Origin: Eutreptiella sp. 'Long Island Sound 2002'
Taxonomy: Eukaryota; Protista; Euglenida
Assembly: GCA_964036045.1 (NCBI GenBank)
Contig: OZ038378.1
Coordinates: 7,874,001 to 7,938,000, forward strand
Length of the DNA stretch: 64,000 nucleotides
Reading direction: 5' to 3'
Below the pieces are notes generated by a model. The model was not told where the DNA came from. It ran no database searches and worked only from the letters and a program-made list of their open reading frames with translations. How positions within the stretch are numbered: position 1 is the stretch's first letter; the number at the start of each line of letters is the position of its first letter. A program made the position numbers and the translations under genes. Below, in pieces: positions 44,401-57,514 of this stretch.

Positions 44401-47238
44401 ACGCAGCACAAGCATCCACACAGCCACAACAACCCCCAAGACAGAGAAACTACGCACACACAAACACACACATCGTTGTTCCGAAGCAATGCAAAGAATT
44501 CCTCCTAAAACCCCAAGCCAGTGCGTACGTCCGGGGGCACCACCAACCAACACACCGCCTCGGCCTGTGTGGCACGTAACTACACCTCAATAAACAACTC
44601 GGATGGTGGCAGAGGAGCCATGCTCACGACAGGGACGCCGGTCGCCACACCCGGCACGCACCTCAGGATGTTGCGGTTCAAGGGAAATGTTGGAGTGTCT
44701 GGTTTGTGCAGCAGCAAGGCAAAGAACATTGATGTTGCCGCAATTGAGCACGATTGAACTGAGTAAGTCTGGCATGAGGTCGGGATCATGCTGGTCATTT
44801 CAAGGCCTGACATCATGGCACTTCGCGGGTGGTAGGTTTGCCGGTTGGCTCTTCCGGTCTTGTGTACTTTGGTTGTGTTTTGTGGAGGCATGCCTACAGA
44901 CTGTGCGATGTGTGTTTGGGGGGATGGGGGGGGTTGCCACAGCGGGCGGCCCATTATCTTCAACAAAGGAGGCCCGATTGTCCTCAACCGGCGGGGGAGC
45001 AGCGGTCGAACAGAACTCCGGGCCGTGGATGCACAGTGTAGTGTTGTGCGCGCTTTGCGGTACTTCGCCCTGGATGAGGCCTGCACCGAATGTTGCCTGG
45101 AGGTACTAGCGAGGGGCTTCGACAGCTAAGAGCCCCGCCCTGCCCCGTCCCGCCCCCCAGATGATCACAATGACGATCACGAGGGCAGATACGGTTCCAA
45201 TTCCGGGTACAAAAACGAAAAAGCAGCGTGCTGTCAGAACACGTTTGCCGACGTGCTGTGTGCCTTTCAGCACCTTCGCGAAAGCGTTGGCTTCTGCCAC
45301 TTGTGGACACAGCACACGCTACCTGCCGTGTTCCAGAGCTGCCTTTTCTTGTGTGCGCAAAATGCGGCAGCAGACGTGTGCCGAAAACTCGGGTCCGGAT
45401 GTAATCATTTTCTTGGATCTGTCAATCTGCTTTATTCCCCAGACCCGTTTTTAGGTGCCCCCACACCCTCGCTGCTCCCTCCTTCTCGAGAGTTCGGTAG
45501 CCTAGCTGTCATGCACTGGGCACCCAAACTAGAGGTATCCAGGTCGACCCCCGGGAGCACTGGTCAACGAATACCAGGACTGACCTGATACGGCACGTGT
45601 GCAACAGGTGGGCAGGATCCACAGTTCAAAACCTACAGCCTTCGTACTGATAATGCTGGTTTCCGGTAGGCCCAGGATCTCGCCCGTGCCTCGCCCCTCC
45701 CTCCTTGCCCACCGACAATTGCCGGCGGGGTCACACCCATGAACAACTCTGGTACGGAAACGGAAAATAGATTGTGGGAAGCACCCAACGCTCTCCCCTG
45801 CGGCAGGCCCGCTCCGTGCCCACCTCTGCTTGACTTTGTGGCCCCCCATCGTGCCCTGCGATGCTGCGCCCGGACGCCGTCCTTTGCGCTGTGCCTCCGC
45901 CGCCGGCGCAATGCGCTCGTCCTGACTCAGAGCCAGCGCTTGTCCCAAAAAAAAGGACGCCGGTCGCCACTTATCGATATCGGTGACCTTGTCCCTGCCG
46001 ATTGGCACTGGGCGAAAGCATTGTCAAGTGGTGAGAGTGGGACAGCCGTCCCTCTCCTCACAAGCGCTGCTTCAACCCCTTGGCTGTCCCTCTCGCTGGC
46101 GCCGGCCATGCTTCGCATGCAGTCATTCCCGAGGCAGTGGAGTGTGTGCGCCATCGACGCATGAGAAGGGAAACGGCCTCAGAGGCGGCTCCAGGAGCCG
46201 TTAGATAGGCGGTTGGAGGGTGGCCAAAGCGGTTGGGGGCGGTTACTGTCGGATACAAATGCCATTGAAGCTGGCCCTTGCCGTCAGGGAGACAGTGGCT
46301 GGGCATGAACTGGGCGCCCTGGAGGGGTGGGGGGGGGGGGTAACCTCTACCCCTTCCAATGCATCCCTGGTGTGTGGAGGGGGGGGGGTGGCATAAGGCC
46401 CACCCGCAGAGGCGATCGAATCCCCGTGGCCACATGCGGGCACAGCACTGCACACCTGACGCGCCCCCGGGGGTTAGGGTTGGCCCTGCCAGTGTCCGAC
46501 GGGGCGGGCGGGAGCAAGGGAGGTCCGAGAAGGCTCATGGGAAGAGCAGGGGAGCCCTGGGCGCGCCAGGACAGGTCCGGGGGGGTGCTCTGCTGCCGGA
46601 GGCGCGGGGAGCCCGCGCTGCCCAGGGGGCTTGGAGGAGGGCGGGGGTGCTGCTGGTCCTGGATGGCGTTCAGGAGGGGCTGCAGTGTCGGAGGGACTGG
46701 GGGCTGCTTAGTCTTGAGGCGGGCAGGACGCGCTTGCAGGCCTGGAGGCAGCACAGGGATGCTGAGGCAACGCAGGCTGACGGGGGTCGGAGGTAGGGCG
46801 GTCCCTAACTAGAAAAGGAAAAAGAAAAACAGGCACTCAGTCATATTCGGGAAGTCACCAACGGCGGTTGGACTGTAAACGACGGCGGTTGGAGGGTAAC
46901 TGACGGCGGTTGGAATCACGGACGGCGGTGACTTCTCGGCCGCGCCAACATGGAGGGTCAGTGACAATGTTGTGTCGTTGGTGCCCAATCAGTGACTTGT
47001 GGGGGGGGGGGGGGGGGAGGCATTCAGAAAAGCCTTGAAAAGGGCTCTTTTGAACACCCCGGGTCTGAATGCCGAACTGACGATATGATGCAGAATTTCG
47101 TCCTTCGTGCACGGCATGTCATGAGCGTGTTGCCCTGTGTTATGTGCGCATGCCACCACGTCCAGCACCCACGGGGGGGACGTCTCCTCGCTTTTAGACG
47201 CGACTCCCCCCCCAGTAGAAGTGGGCCGAAGGCCCCCA

Positions 47239-47274
<36 letters not shown>

Positions 47275-48651
47275 TTGGAGGGGGGGGGAGGGGGGGGTCC
47301 AGGTGGGGCGGTTTGGGGTGGTGGGTTGGGGGGCGGGGGGGGGGCATCATTGCTCTCCATTTTGGACCCCAACACTCACTCTAACCCGAGCCTCGGGTGA
47401 GAGCTAGGGCTAGGGGCAAGCTAGGGTTAGGGCTAGGTTAGGGTGAGGGTTAGGGTTAGGGCTAGGTTAGGGTTAGGGTCAAGGGTAAGGTTTGTGGGTA
47501 GGGTTAGGAGTAGGCTGAGGGTTGGGGTGGGCATTAGAGTCAAGGTTGGGTTCAAGGATAGTGTTGGGGTGCAAAGTGGACAAAATGGGCAAGGGGAATG
47601 AAAAAAAAAAATTTCGGGCGCCTTCGGCGCCACCATATGTATGGCCAGTAGCTGTTGACCCTTGGCAACTAAGTGGGCCCGGAGGGCAGGGAGGGGGGGG
47701 GGGGGGGGGAGTCGCGTACCAGAACCGAGGAGACGTCCCCCCCGTGCCAGCACCACGACCAACACAGGAGGCCTGTCAGGAATCGTGACGAGAGAAACAG
47801 GGGCTGGACTTTGGGTGCGTCCCTACAAAGCCTGTCCCGCATCCGGGGTGCGTTGGGATGAAATCGGCTGCAGTGAAGCCATTCCTTGGCGACGTTTGCG
47901 GCAAGGAACGGGCCATGGGCATCACCACCGACAGGTGTGGGCGATGCCTTTGAACGCAGGGTGGGTTCCTGTTACGAGCTGCGGGCTTCAGGGTTGGCAG
48001 AGGGTTGGGACGCATGCCCCACAAATGAACATGGTGGTGTGTACCCCAGCGGGTTCCCGGTCCATGCAGAGGCAGACAACTGAACACGGTGCGGTTGTAC
48101 AATACTCTACACATACTGCATACCACAGGCCGAATACAATGTACACTATGCACTGTATAGACTAACGGAAACATACTGCACTCTCTGTACACTACATACT
48201 TCATGCTATATTCTCCATACTATGTACTGGACTACTGCACTATCTTTACGCCCCTTTCCCCACCCTCCTCCGCAAGGCAGTCCACAAGGAACGGCATGGG
48301 GAGGCCTTGCTGCACGTCGTACAGGGTTGCCGCACAGCACACATACCTCCGTGCGCATCAATGCTGCCAACAAAGGCCCCCGTCCCGGTCACCACCCTCC
48401 GGTCCTGAAGGTCCACCACCCCCAGACTGTGGTCGAGGCCACCCGCTGCGGCGCCGTGCGTGGCCGATGCGGACGTGGGGTCGCCCTCGGGACCCGCGCC
48501 TTGCAATTGGGAAGACCTGGGGCCGTTGGGGGCAAGGCCCGCAAGACGGTGGGGCGTGGCGCGCTTGCTCCCCCGGGACCCGGACACATTGACCGGGACC
48601 GTGCTCTCACCGCCTTCGTTGTTTGCATCCGTGGCCGATGGAGAGGCCGCT
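41486..48651 (-). CDS. Unidentified multi-exon gene with P/S-rich exons (partial model). Candidate exons: ~48347-48651, 46456-46741, ~44.9-45.1 kb, ~44.66-44.8 kb, ~43.72-43.81 kb, 42590-~42735, 41486-41550
   Basis: Strong donors GAG|GTATGT (48347), AG|GTGTGC (46456), GAG|GTGCGT (~44663), AAG|GTACGC (~43720), AAG|GTAAGT (42590) and AC|GTGTGT (41486) occur with CAG acceptors and protein-like translations. No domain was recognised. Confidence 0.45.
47170..47746. mobile_element. MITE of the same family as 14254-14722, 8-bp TSD CCAGCACC, with a different internal segment
   Basis: Ends are cacgggggggacgtctcctcg... and ...cgaggagacgtcccccccgtg. ccagcacc lies at 47162-47169 and at 47747-47754. Confidence 0.85.
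47404..47525 (+). repeat. Degenerate interstitial telomere-like (TTAGGG/CTAGGG)n tract inside the MITE
   Basis: ctagggttagggctaggttagggtgagggttagggttagggctaggttagggttaggg... Confidence 0.8.
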
Positions 48652-51161
48652 GCAGAGGCCATCGGGTGGATGCAACAAGCGACGCATGCGCATGCACAGG
48701 ACAGGCGTTTCAGTGGGGACCTGGACCCCCCCCCCAGCACCAGGCCACACTTGCCCCCCACGCGCAAGGCCCAGCCCCCGCCCACACCCCTGCCCGCGCG
48801 CGCGCCTACACACAGGACGACGGTATCTTCCGCCCACCTGCGCTTCAGTGGGGTCTGGTGGCTGTCGATAGTCCGCTCGGCCTTGGAACCGGACAGTCAG
48901 GTTGTTCAGCCTCGTGGTGGGGCAGGGAAGGAAGCCCACACCCGAGGGCCTGCTCCTGCATGAGGCCGCCAGCCCAACCCAACCCAACCCCCCCTCCAGT
49001 GACCCCACACCTACGCCCTTGGGGAGCAGCAAATGGTTCGCCAAAGCAGGGGCCGACATTGACACCACGACTCATCAGGGCTCTGGAGGAATCATTGATG
49101 CGTCTGCCGGAAATTCCTGCCTTCTTCCTGCCCCCCCCCCCCCCCAAAACCCCGACCGCTTACGTTTGGCCCCGGCCCGTCGCCCCGGATCGCCCTCTGC
49201 CCCTCTCCCACGCGGCGGGGTGTTGGGGGGCAACCGCGGTTACGTGACGGTGGTATTGAGCCACTGGTGGTCAGTGGTCAATGCGATTCAAAACGGATGG
49301 TCAGGGGACAGGGGAGGCACCGAACCCAAATGGTTCGGGCCACTTTAGGGGCCGGCAGGGGGTAAGTGGTGGGGGGCAACTCCGACAGCAGCCGAATCTA
49401 ACACGACACGGTCTGGACCGATTCTTAAAACAAAAAGGTAAACAAGTGACGTACCGAGTCATGGGGGGTGTTATGTCACATTGCTCTGTGTATTCCTTCA
49501 TGTGGCGTGGGGCCGGCTTGCTTTTTTTGTGGTTGTTGTTTTGACGCCTGTCTCACGGCATGCGCTTTGAGGGGCTGGATGGGGGAGGGCAGGGGTCAGA
49601 AAAATTTTTCAGGCTTTTCGTACATAATTCGACCCCTCCTTTTTGTCATGGACACGGCTCCGTGATTGGCACTCGTTGGTGCAGGGGGGGCGCCCAGCTG
49701 CCAAAATGTTTAGATGGTCCGGACCACATTTGGTCCAAATTTGGCGCTGCCCAAATTTTCAGCACACGGTGGGGGGTAAAATTTTGTTGTTTACCCCGTG
49801 TGTGTCTTCTCAAGCTGCTCAGAATTTTGTGGGGAATCCAAAAAAGAAAAATCCCCTGATCATTGCCACACCATTGTAAGGAAGCTTGTGACGGAAGTGG
49901 TGCAGCAAACATGTCAACAGTAATCAGCAGCCCAGAAATACAATCTGAGCCCCGAATCACAGGACAAACTTGATCTCAAAACACAACCAGGAAAAGGACC
50001 GCCGAATTCCCTGGTTGCAAAAAACGCGAAAACAACACCTCGTCTTATGCTGACAAGGGTGCATTTCTCGCCAAAAGGGAGGACTAGGAACTGGAGACAT
50101 CGCGAAAATATGCCGCACAGCCCTTCAAAAGAATCTCGGCAAAGCGTGTGCACAACTTCGCACAGAATTCGTTCTACAGAATTTGTCCCCTGCACAGACT
50201 GAGCACATCGCTGGGGCGGTTACTAATAGTGGGGGAGATCTACAACGTATCCGGAGCGCTGGTCATCGCCGTGGCAAACAGCCAAGAGAAAGAACAACGC
50301 TGGTGTCCGTCAACCCCCGGAGGGTACCCGACAGCGGTTTTTGCAGGGGAAATGACGCTGGTGGGAGGGGAACCCACGCGGTTGGAGGAAACGGGACGGC
50401 GGTTTGAGGGACCCCACCGCCGTTGGAGGCGAAGCGACGTGCCAGTCGACGGGCAACCGACAGCCGTCTGACAGTCACTAAAAGCCGTTCCTGGAGGCGT
50501 GCGAAATTAAAAGAACCGGGGGATCGCATTCGGGCAGTCGGCGCAGCGGCACACCGTCATTCTCAAAGAGACTCAGGTCAACGTTGACGGTTGGCTGCGG
50601 CTGCGCATCGGATCGCGTCACACAGAACTGAGAGGCATCGGACACAACGGCGTGGGCGGCTGGACCCGGAAACTCTGCGTGCGCATGCGGTGAGCCCCCC
50701 ACAGGCCCACGCGTGTGCCTGGCACATCGTGCGCCACAGGGGCCGCCTCATCAGTGGCCGCAGCCGGGGGCCCTGTGTGTTGAAGCCGAGACCCAGGGGC
50801 ACAAGACACACAGTGCCCCCCACCACATATTTTCCCACAAATCAGGGGCAAGAAAACGGGGAAGGGGGGGGGGTTGGCACAAGGCCTTGGTGGTTGGCTC
50901 TGTTGGCCTGTGGCGGCGCCTATTGGCCTCTCGCCTTTGAACCTTCTGCTATGACAAGCAGGCATCCGTACTACTATGGGCATCTGCACTGCCGGGGGGG
51001 GGGGGGGATGCAGCATACTTTCAGGGCGGTGTTCGGGGTGGCGAAGGCGCTGAGGGCGCGTCCGCCACTGGGTCAGAGGAGCCCCCCCTCGCGGCGTCGG
51101 CCGCAGCGCGAGGGGGGCGCGCACAGAGTATGTCCGCTACTGACCTGGTGGCCTTTGGCTG

Positions 51162-51361
51162 NNNNNNNNNNNNNNNNNNNNNNNNNNNNNNNNNNNNNNN
51201 NNNNNNNNNNNNNNNNNNNNNNNNNNNNNNNNNNNNNNNNNNNNNNNNNNNNNNNNNNNNNNNNNNNNNNNNNNNNNNNNNNNNNNNNNNNNNNNNNNNN
51301 NNNNNNNNNNNNNNNNNNNNNNNNNNNNNNNNNNNNNNNNNNNNNNNNNNNNNNNNNNNNN
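51162..51361. other. Assembly gap (200 N)
   Basis: Run of N. Confidence 1.
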
Positions 51362-54300
51362 AGCCTGTGAAGCCGCCTATTGGCCTCTTGCCCTTGAACC
51401 TTCTGTTCTGACATTTGTGAGGGGGGGGGGTTGTGTTGGAGGGGGCATACGTGAAAAGGGAAAAGGTGTGTTGGGAGGGGTGGGGCAGGGGGGGGGGGGG
51501 GCGTAGTTGTGTGGGTCAGAGGGGCAGGCCAAAGCCCCCACCACCGGGGCCAGCCAACACGGGGCGCTCCTCCCGGGGACGGTGCTATCCGGATGAGGCA
51601 GAGGTACCCCTGCCAGACCAAGTTCCCCAGCTCACGCCCCGCCTGTCAGGTAGCTTCTCTACCGGCTGGTGCCCTCTCTAGACTCTGAGTGTGTGTGTTT
51701 GGGCCAGACGTCCTGCCATCGGACACTGGATAGCGGGCTGGCGGACGGTGGTAGCGGGCAATGTCTGACCTGACCTGACCTGACCTGACCTGACCCAGGC
51801 GCAAGGTGTGGGGGACTGGGGTCGGAGGTGGGTGGGTGGTGGCGGGGGGGGGGGGGGGCAGTTTTCCATGTTAGCGCTAGGCCGGGGGGGTGGCATCCTG
51901 CTGGGTGCTTCCGCAGCCTGTCAAGCGCAAACAATGCACGCCAATCTGGGGCACACCTCCGGACTCACGGCGCTGGGGACGGACTGGGCCCAGAGGTGGC
52001 CCTTAAGTTCACTGACCGTGGCTCGTTGGTCGGCATTCAGATGCAGCGACGCCTTCAAGAAGTCCCTATGCACCCGGGCACAACACAAATGCACCGTGGG
52101 CACAGCGGGTCGATCCCAAATCGCATCCACGAGGGGGGGGGGGGGGGGGCGGCATTCCCCGACCGGGTGCCCTTGTGTAGAGAAATGCCACAGAAGTGTG
52201 GGAAACCGCATAAATTTTCACTCTAATGTAGGGCAAAGTGTGCGGGCACCATGGGAATAATAGGCATGCCACGAGTGCCCAAACGACACCTAGGAAAATG
52301 AGGACGGCCCTTGAAATACGATGGCAGAATGTGGCACACTTTTGTGTACCAAACATTTTGCCATTCCAATTTTCGCCTGTTCCAAATCCTCCCCCCCTCT
52401 GGTAAACGTACAGCACACCCCCGGTGATATGGTCCAATGGCAAGAGAGGCTCATATGGGCTAAGGGTGAGGATGGCACTGATTAGGGGCACACCAAAGGT
52501 CCGCGGCGTGACCTTAACATCAGTCTGTGGCCCATGATGGGTCCATGGTACCATGTACACGATACACAATCAACATACCATAGACCCTCCCCATGCCCCC
52601 GCGAAACCCGAAAACCCACCCTTCTGATGTTCAGAAATAGTCGGGAATATTCGGAATATTCGGAATGAGCAGGTCCAGCTGTGGTTCGGAAATATTCGGA
52701 AACATTCGGAAACATTCGTTACCAAATCGGCGGGAAACCCTATTATACGGGGCTGGGTGCAGGTTTATGGCTCTGGCTGGGGCATGGGGTCTAGGATGGG
52801 GCTTAGGACATGTTTAGGGTGTGTGCGTGGACATAAGGTTGGGACAGGGTTTAGGATGGACAAACTTCAGCAATGGGGTGTAGGATGGGGGTGTGGGTTG
52901 CAACCAAGTGGACGCAGGGTTGCCAACGGTTACAAAACAAGGTCAACCCCCTAACTTTTGACTTGCCTATCTTATGTGTTGGTCCCTTTTCTGACAATGG
53001 TGAACAGTGACATGTGCATGATGCACTTTGTCGTTCAATGCGTAGGTTGGTCTGCCTGGTGTATTTTCTTATTGCCATGGTACATGGCGGACCTAAACGT
53101 TGTACAAAGTGGTGGAAAAGAAGGTTTGTGGGGGTCCATTCTGGCGAGGTCATTATGGGGGTTTTTTTGTTCGTTTGGGGTGTTTTTTTGGTACATTTTG
53201 CGGGGGGGTACATTTGGGGAGGTTTTTTGGTATCTGGCGGGGGGGGGGGTCTTTTGGTACAAAGCGGGGGTTTGTTTTGGTATGCACCACCTGAATGGAG
53301 CACCATGGTTTTACAGGACGGCACTGCAGGGTCTGCTGGAGGGAGGAGTGGCAGCGGACACCACTAGAGGTCAAAACAATGTTGAGGGAAAATGAATTTC
53401 AGCAGCAAATAGAGTTTGAAAAAATGATGTTGACCAAATACAGGGGACAATTTCGACAGGACAATTGCAGAAGGGGAATTTTCGCCACCCTGAAGCTTGC
53501 TGTTATTTCCTGGGAGGCTCCGGATGGTCCTGTTATTTCCTGGTGGACTTTGGATGGTTGCTGTTATTTCCTTGTTGGCTCCGGATCCACCTGCATCTCA
53601 ATTCGCAGTGAAGGTGTTGGTCACACGCCACAAAAAATTCGCCACAGGGAGGGACCGTCGCCACTTTTCTGAAAAGTGAAATTTTGTTCACAAAATTATC
53701 CTGAAATTGTTCCCTGCTGTACAGTCGACTCACGTGACAAACATGGGACATGCCAGCACCAACGAACAGCAGTGAAACCAACAAACTGCCCACGCAGGGT
53801 AAAGCGCATCTATTGTCTCCCTGTCCAACCAATTTGAACATCAAAGAAATACATCACTAAACTTTGTGTGAGGGCGGTGCATGCAAGCAGGAGAGGGAGG
53901 GCATCTCATCAGGGAGGGCAAGCACCCATTTAACACCAAGGCGCTCCCTAGAATCGGAGTTCGGGAACAGTCTGGGAGGGGGCTATCCAGCACCCAACTG
54001 TCCACAAGCCCCGTCCAGGTTAGTACGCACCAACATGTAAGGGACTGGACTGCCTGGACTGACTAATGTGTCCGTGGCCCACCTCTGGCCCATTGCAACG
54101 CCCTCCTCACCTCCTGTGGAGGGGCATTCCACATAGCGCCAGCTGCATGCTCCACTCCCTTGCCTCCTCCTGCCATGGCAAGCCCCCACCCTGTTAAGGA
54201 CGGCACCATATCAGGGTCCAAGACAGCAATGCAAAGGGTAGCCCAAGAATCAGAGAGCAGGTTACCTGGTCCCGGACTCCCTACACCAGCACAGCGTAGA

Positions 54301-54948
54301 CCCCCAATGGGGAATTACCATGGTGGCCAAACGAGGGGAGGAGGAGAGGGCATGGAGGTGGGTCAAAACCGACAGAGCAGCAGAAAAGTGCAACCAGAAT
54401 GTAGGTTAGTGACCACAAGAGGGATAGAGCATTGTCATGAAGATTCAGTTTGAAATGACAGGAAAATGCGAATTCAGGGGCTGTACGGGCATGGCTGTCA
54501 ACAGGATGAGGGGGCGCTGCCTAACAGAACTTCGCTGAAAAGCCAACACCACTTCTTGGGTACTTTGGAAACCGGGGGTGCCCAAATTGACCAGAAAACG
54601 AGGGACACAAGCTGGGACAACGAGGGACACCAGAATGTGACCCAAACCTTTTTAATTGCTCCGAAGTTTGGTCCGGTGTTGCAAGCAATCAAGAGGGGCA
54701 AAGGAAGCAAAGTATGCAGCCAAAAGGCGCGAAAAGATTATCCGCATTCTCCAAAAAGTCTTACAGAGTAAGACGCTTGTCAACAGTGAAGTGCAAGCAG
54801 TGGAGCGGCACCAGACCAGTGCCTCTTACCACACGACAAACAGCAACAATGAACCATGTATGAATTGCTGTCTGTGGGCATTATTGGCACTCCCACAGCT
54901 GGTCACCTTTCACAACAACATATCCGCATTGCCACCACCAATCGTCTG

Positions 54949-55221
54949 TCAGCTTGCCCCAGTTACACATTGATACATGGGTATACTCAACCTCATCTGA
55001 ACTCTCCTGTAGCGGAGCAGCAGGACATCAGAAAATGCGAGCACGAGTGCTGGTGCCTGTCCATGGTGCACACAGTCTTCATCGAAGTCCCGGGCAAGGG
55101 CTACATCGACAGACGTGTCAGGGGCTGAGGGGCAAATCCATACAATATTGCCCAACATATCAACGGCAACGGTGACTAGATAAAAAGCGCTACATAACCT
55201 CTTGCATATCAGGGTCCCCAA
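54949..55221 (-). pseudogene. PIF/Harbinger-type (DDE_Tnp_4-like) transposase relic
   Basis: YLVTVAVDMLGNIVWICPSAPDTSVDV resembles the Harbinger (V)CD..G.F..V....PGS..D segment. Neighbouring frames are broken by stops. Confidence 0.45.
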
Positions 55222-56705
55222 AGAGAGGGAGACTCAGATGGGTACATAACCCTTGCCGTATCCAGTCCCCCAGGCAGGGAAGTCTTGGATGGCACTTAAG
55301 ATGGCAGTGGTCAGGGTGTCCGAGGCTGAAAAGATGCCCGCATGCAACCAGCACATAAACATTCCCCTCGATGCGACTGAATCCAGAGCCCATTCGCCCC
55401 TTGAACCTTGAAGATGTGACACAAAATCACAGAGAGTTCTCGCAAGGTGCGGCTCAATTCCCCAGCCTTCAAACTCGCAAATGTGCTGCGCAGAAATGCA
55501 CAGAAATGCACAATTTATCATGCAAACAGGTGGACAAAACGTTACGTACTGAACATAAGTTGCTTTCTTGGCGCATGACTTGGAGGCTGCCATTCCTGCC
55601 GAAAACATGCCTCAAGAGCTGGACCACACAGTACCCACAACTCGCCATGACAACCTCCTGTCTGCTTCAAGCAGATCTATGTGATCGCCAGTTGCCAGGG
55701 GCGCATGGCGAGGGCTGGTGAGACCATCACTGCATGGCACGGCGGCCCAAGCAGCAGTCTGCTTGCAGAATCACCTTCATCAAGTGATGCAACAAAGGGC
55801 AAAAGTGCCGTTGCGCTGCCTATTCGGTGATGAGGGTTTCCGCGACTGCCGGTGCTAATGTAAAAGTTTTCCATGCAACCAACAACTTTGCCTTGAGTAC
55901 CTTGTGCTGTGAGGTGCTGATAATTTTCCTTGGCATGGCATGTGTGCTTGACCATGCACGTGATTGTCATCTCTTCACAGCTGGGTGTCCGGGAGAACCA
56001 CTACATCAGCACGTGCTACAGCAGATGCTGGGATGACAAAAAGCACCAGCTGGTATGGGTGCATACATAGAGTTGCATGGGGGAGGGGGTGGGGGACGCT
56101 GGGGGAGGAAGTGGGCAAGGGGGACGCTGCAACAGTGATCTTGGGAAGCTGAGAGAGGCAGCGTATTGACAGGAAAAGATATGGCGTTTTTTGTGGGTGC
56201 AATTTCCCGACAGTATTCCCTGTTGGCCTGCTGAGCATTTTGCCGCAGTGGATCTGAGAAGTGGCCAGCATCCTCCAAATCCAGAACGATCACAAGCAGA
56301 ACCCTCTGGCATCTCCCGTTGGGGTATGAGGCCCCTGGGGTCAGCACCAGTGTCCAATGCACAGGAGCAATCGCCTTTGGTGGGGGGGGGGGGGCGCAAA
56401 GGCAGAGAAAACTGCGTTCAGGGAGGGTTGGGCGTCTGCGAAGCAAAGCACCGCGCGTACAGTCGTGATTGCCATGTCCCCCATCTCCAGACCGCCAGCA
56501 ACACAATACAACGCAGCGCAGCGCCACGTGCAGTGCGAAGAGCGCGGACGGGTACAGTACGGGAACAACAGCAGACCATTCCTGAAGCGACACGTTGCAG
56601 GTCAGAAGTGGGTGGGCGAGGGGGGGGGGGGGTGACCTAATTAAAAAACAGACAAATGCAAACCAGAGGTAATGCACTCCACAGTCAGGCATAAGTGCAT
56701 CTTTA

Positions 56706-57514
56706 GGGGGCGTTGTCGCACGGTGCGCGCACGGTGCGCGCACGGTGCGTGCACGGTGCGCGCACGGTTCAATGTTTTTGGGATGGTTGCCCAACTTGTA
56801 CCCCGTTGAATGGCCCCCATAGAAACACACCCAGGGTCCTGATTTCTGCACCTTGCAGTCCATACTGGCATACCAGGATTCTTCAATTTTTAGTCTGATG
56901 CTTGTCACAGGTTCCAGGGTCCTATTTTCTGCACCCTGCAGCCCCTATTGGCGTACCGGGAATTTTTTTTTTTGAATCTGATGCTTGTCACAGGTTCCAG
57001 GCTCCCAATTTCTGCACCTTGCACGCACCTCCGCAACAAACCATGCACAGGCGACAACACAAGCGACAACACTGGTTGGGTTACGGGAATTTCAATTTCA
57101 TCCGCCACAGCATTCTGGCTCATGATCATCAATTCTAGGGGCTTCAGCTTCCACTTCAGGTAATTGGGGCTCCAGCAAAGCGTCCATCGGCGCCTCATGG
57201 TGCATAGGTTGGGGGGAATCGGGGCTCTCAGCAGTCACAATTGCAAACTCCAACCGCTCCTCGGGTGCATGCTCGTACAAGACCTCTTCACCACCCAATT
57301 CGTACCGAAGACTCCCACCTCTTGGAGAAGGGTCAACGACAGTGGCCGACACCCTATCCCCGTTGGAGCGGTGGTAGTACACAGGCAGTCCGGCGACAAG
57401 CCAGGGCAGCTCAGATTCAGGCATTGTGGATCTGGTGGACACAGAATACGCAAAAGGATGCACGGTGCGCGCACGGTGCGCGCACGGTGCGCGCACGATT
57501 CAGGCAACACCCCC
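56706..57514. mobile_element. 809-bp non-autonomous PIF/Harbinger-like element with TTA target duplication
   Basis: TIRs are gggggcgttgtc and ggcaacaccccc. TTA lies at 56703-56705 and at 57515-57517. 11-bp gcacggtgcgc subterminal arrays occur at both ends. The uninterrupted paralogous site with a single TTA is at about 28580-28650. Confidence 0.85.
57098..57424 (-). CDS. Short protein-like ORF (108 aa) carried inside the Harbinger-like element
   Basis: MPESELPWLVAGLPVYYHRSNGDRVSATVVDPSPRGGSLRYELGGEEVLYEHAPEERLEF followed by an acidic Pro-rich tail. The pattern is beta-rich and SH3/Tudor-like by eye only. Confidence 0.4.
   Translation of the reverse strand: MPESELPWLVAGLPVYYHRSNGDRVSATVVDPSPRGGSLRYELGGEEVLYEHAPEERLEFAIVTAESPDSPQPMHHEAPMDALLEPQLPEVEAEAPRIDDHEPECCGG

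Noticed and set aside
47404-47525. True chromosome end
   Set aside because: The tract is degenerate, short and enclosed within a TSD-flanked MITE, with genomic sequence on both sides.
50198-50323. Plus-strand exon (acceptor cctgcacag|, LIVGEIYNVSGALVIAV)
   Set aside because: It is isolated, with no partner exons or recognisable domain, and cannot be supported beyond chance.
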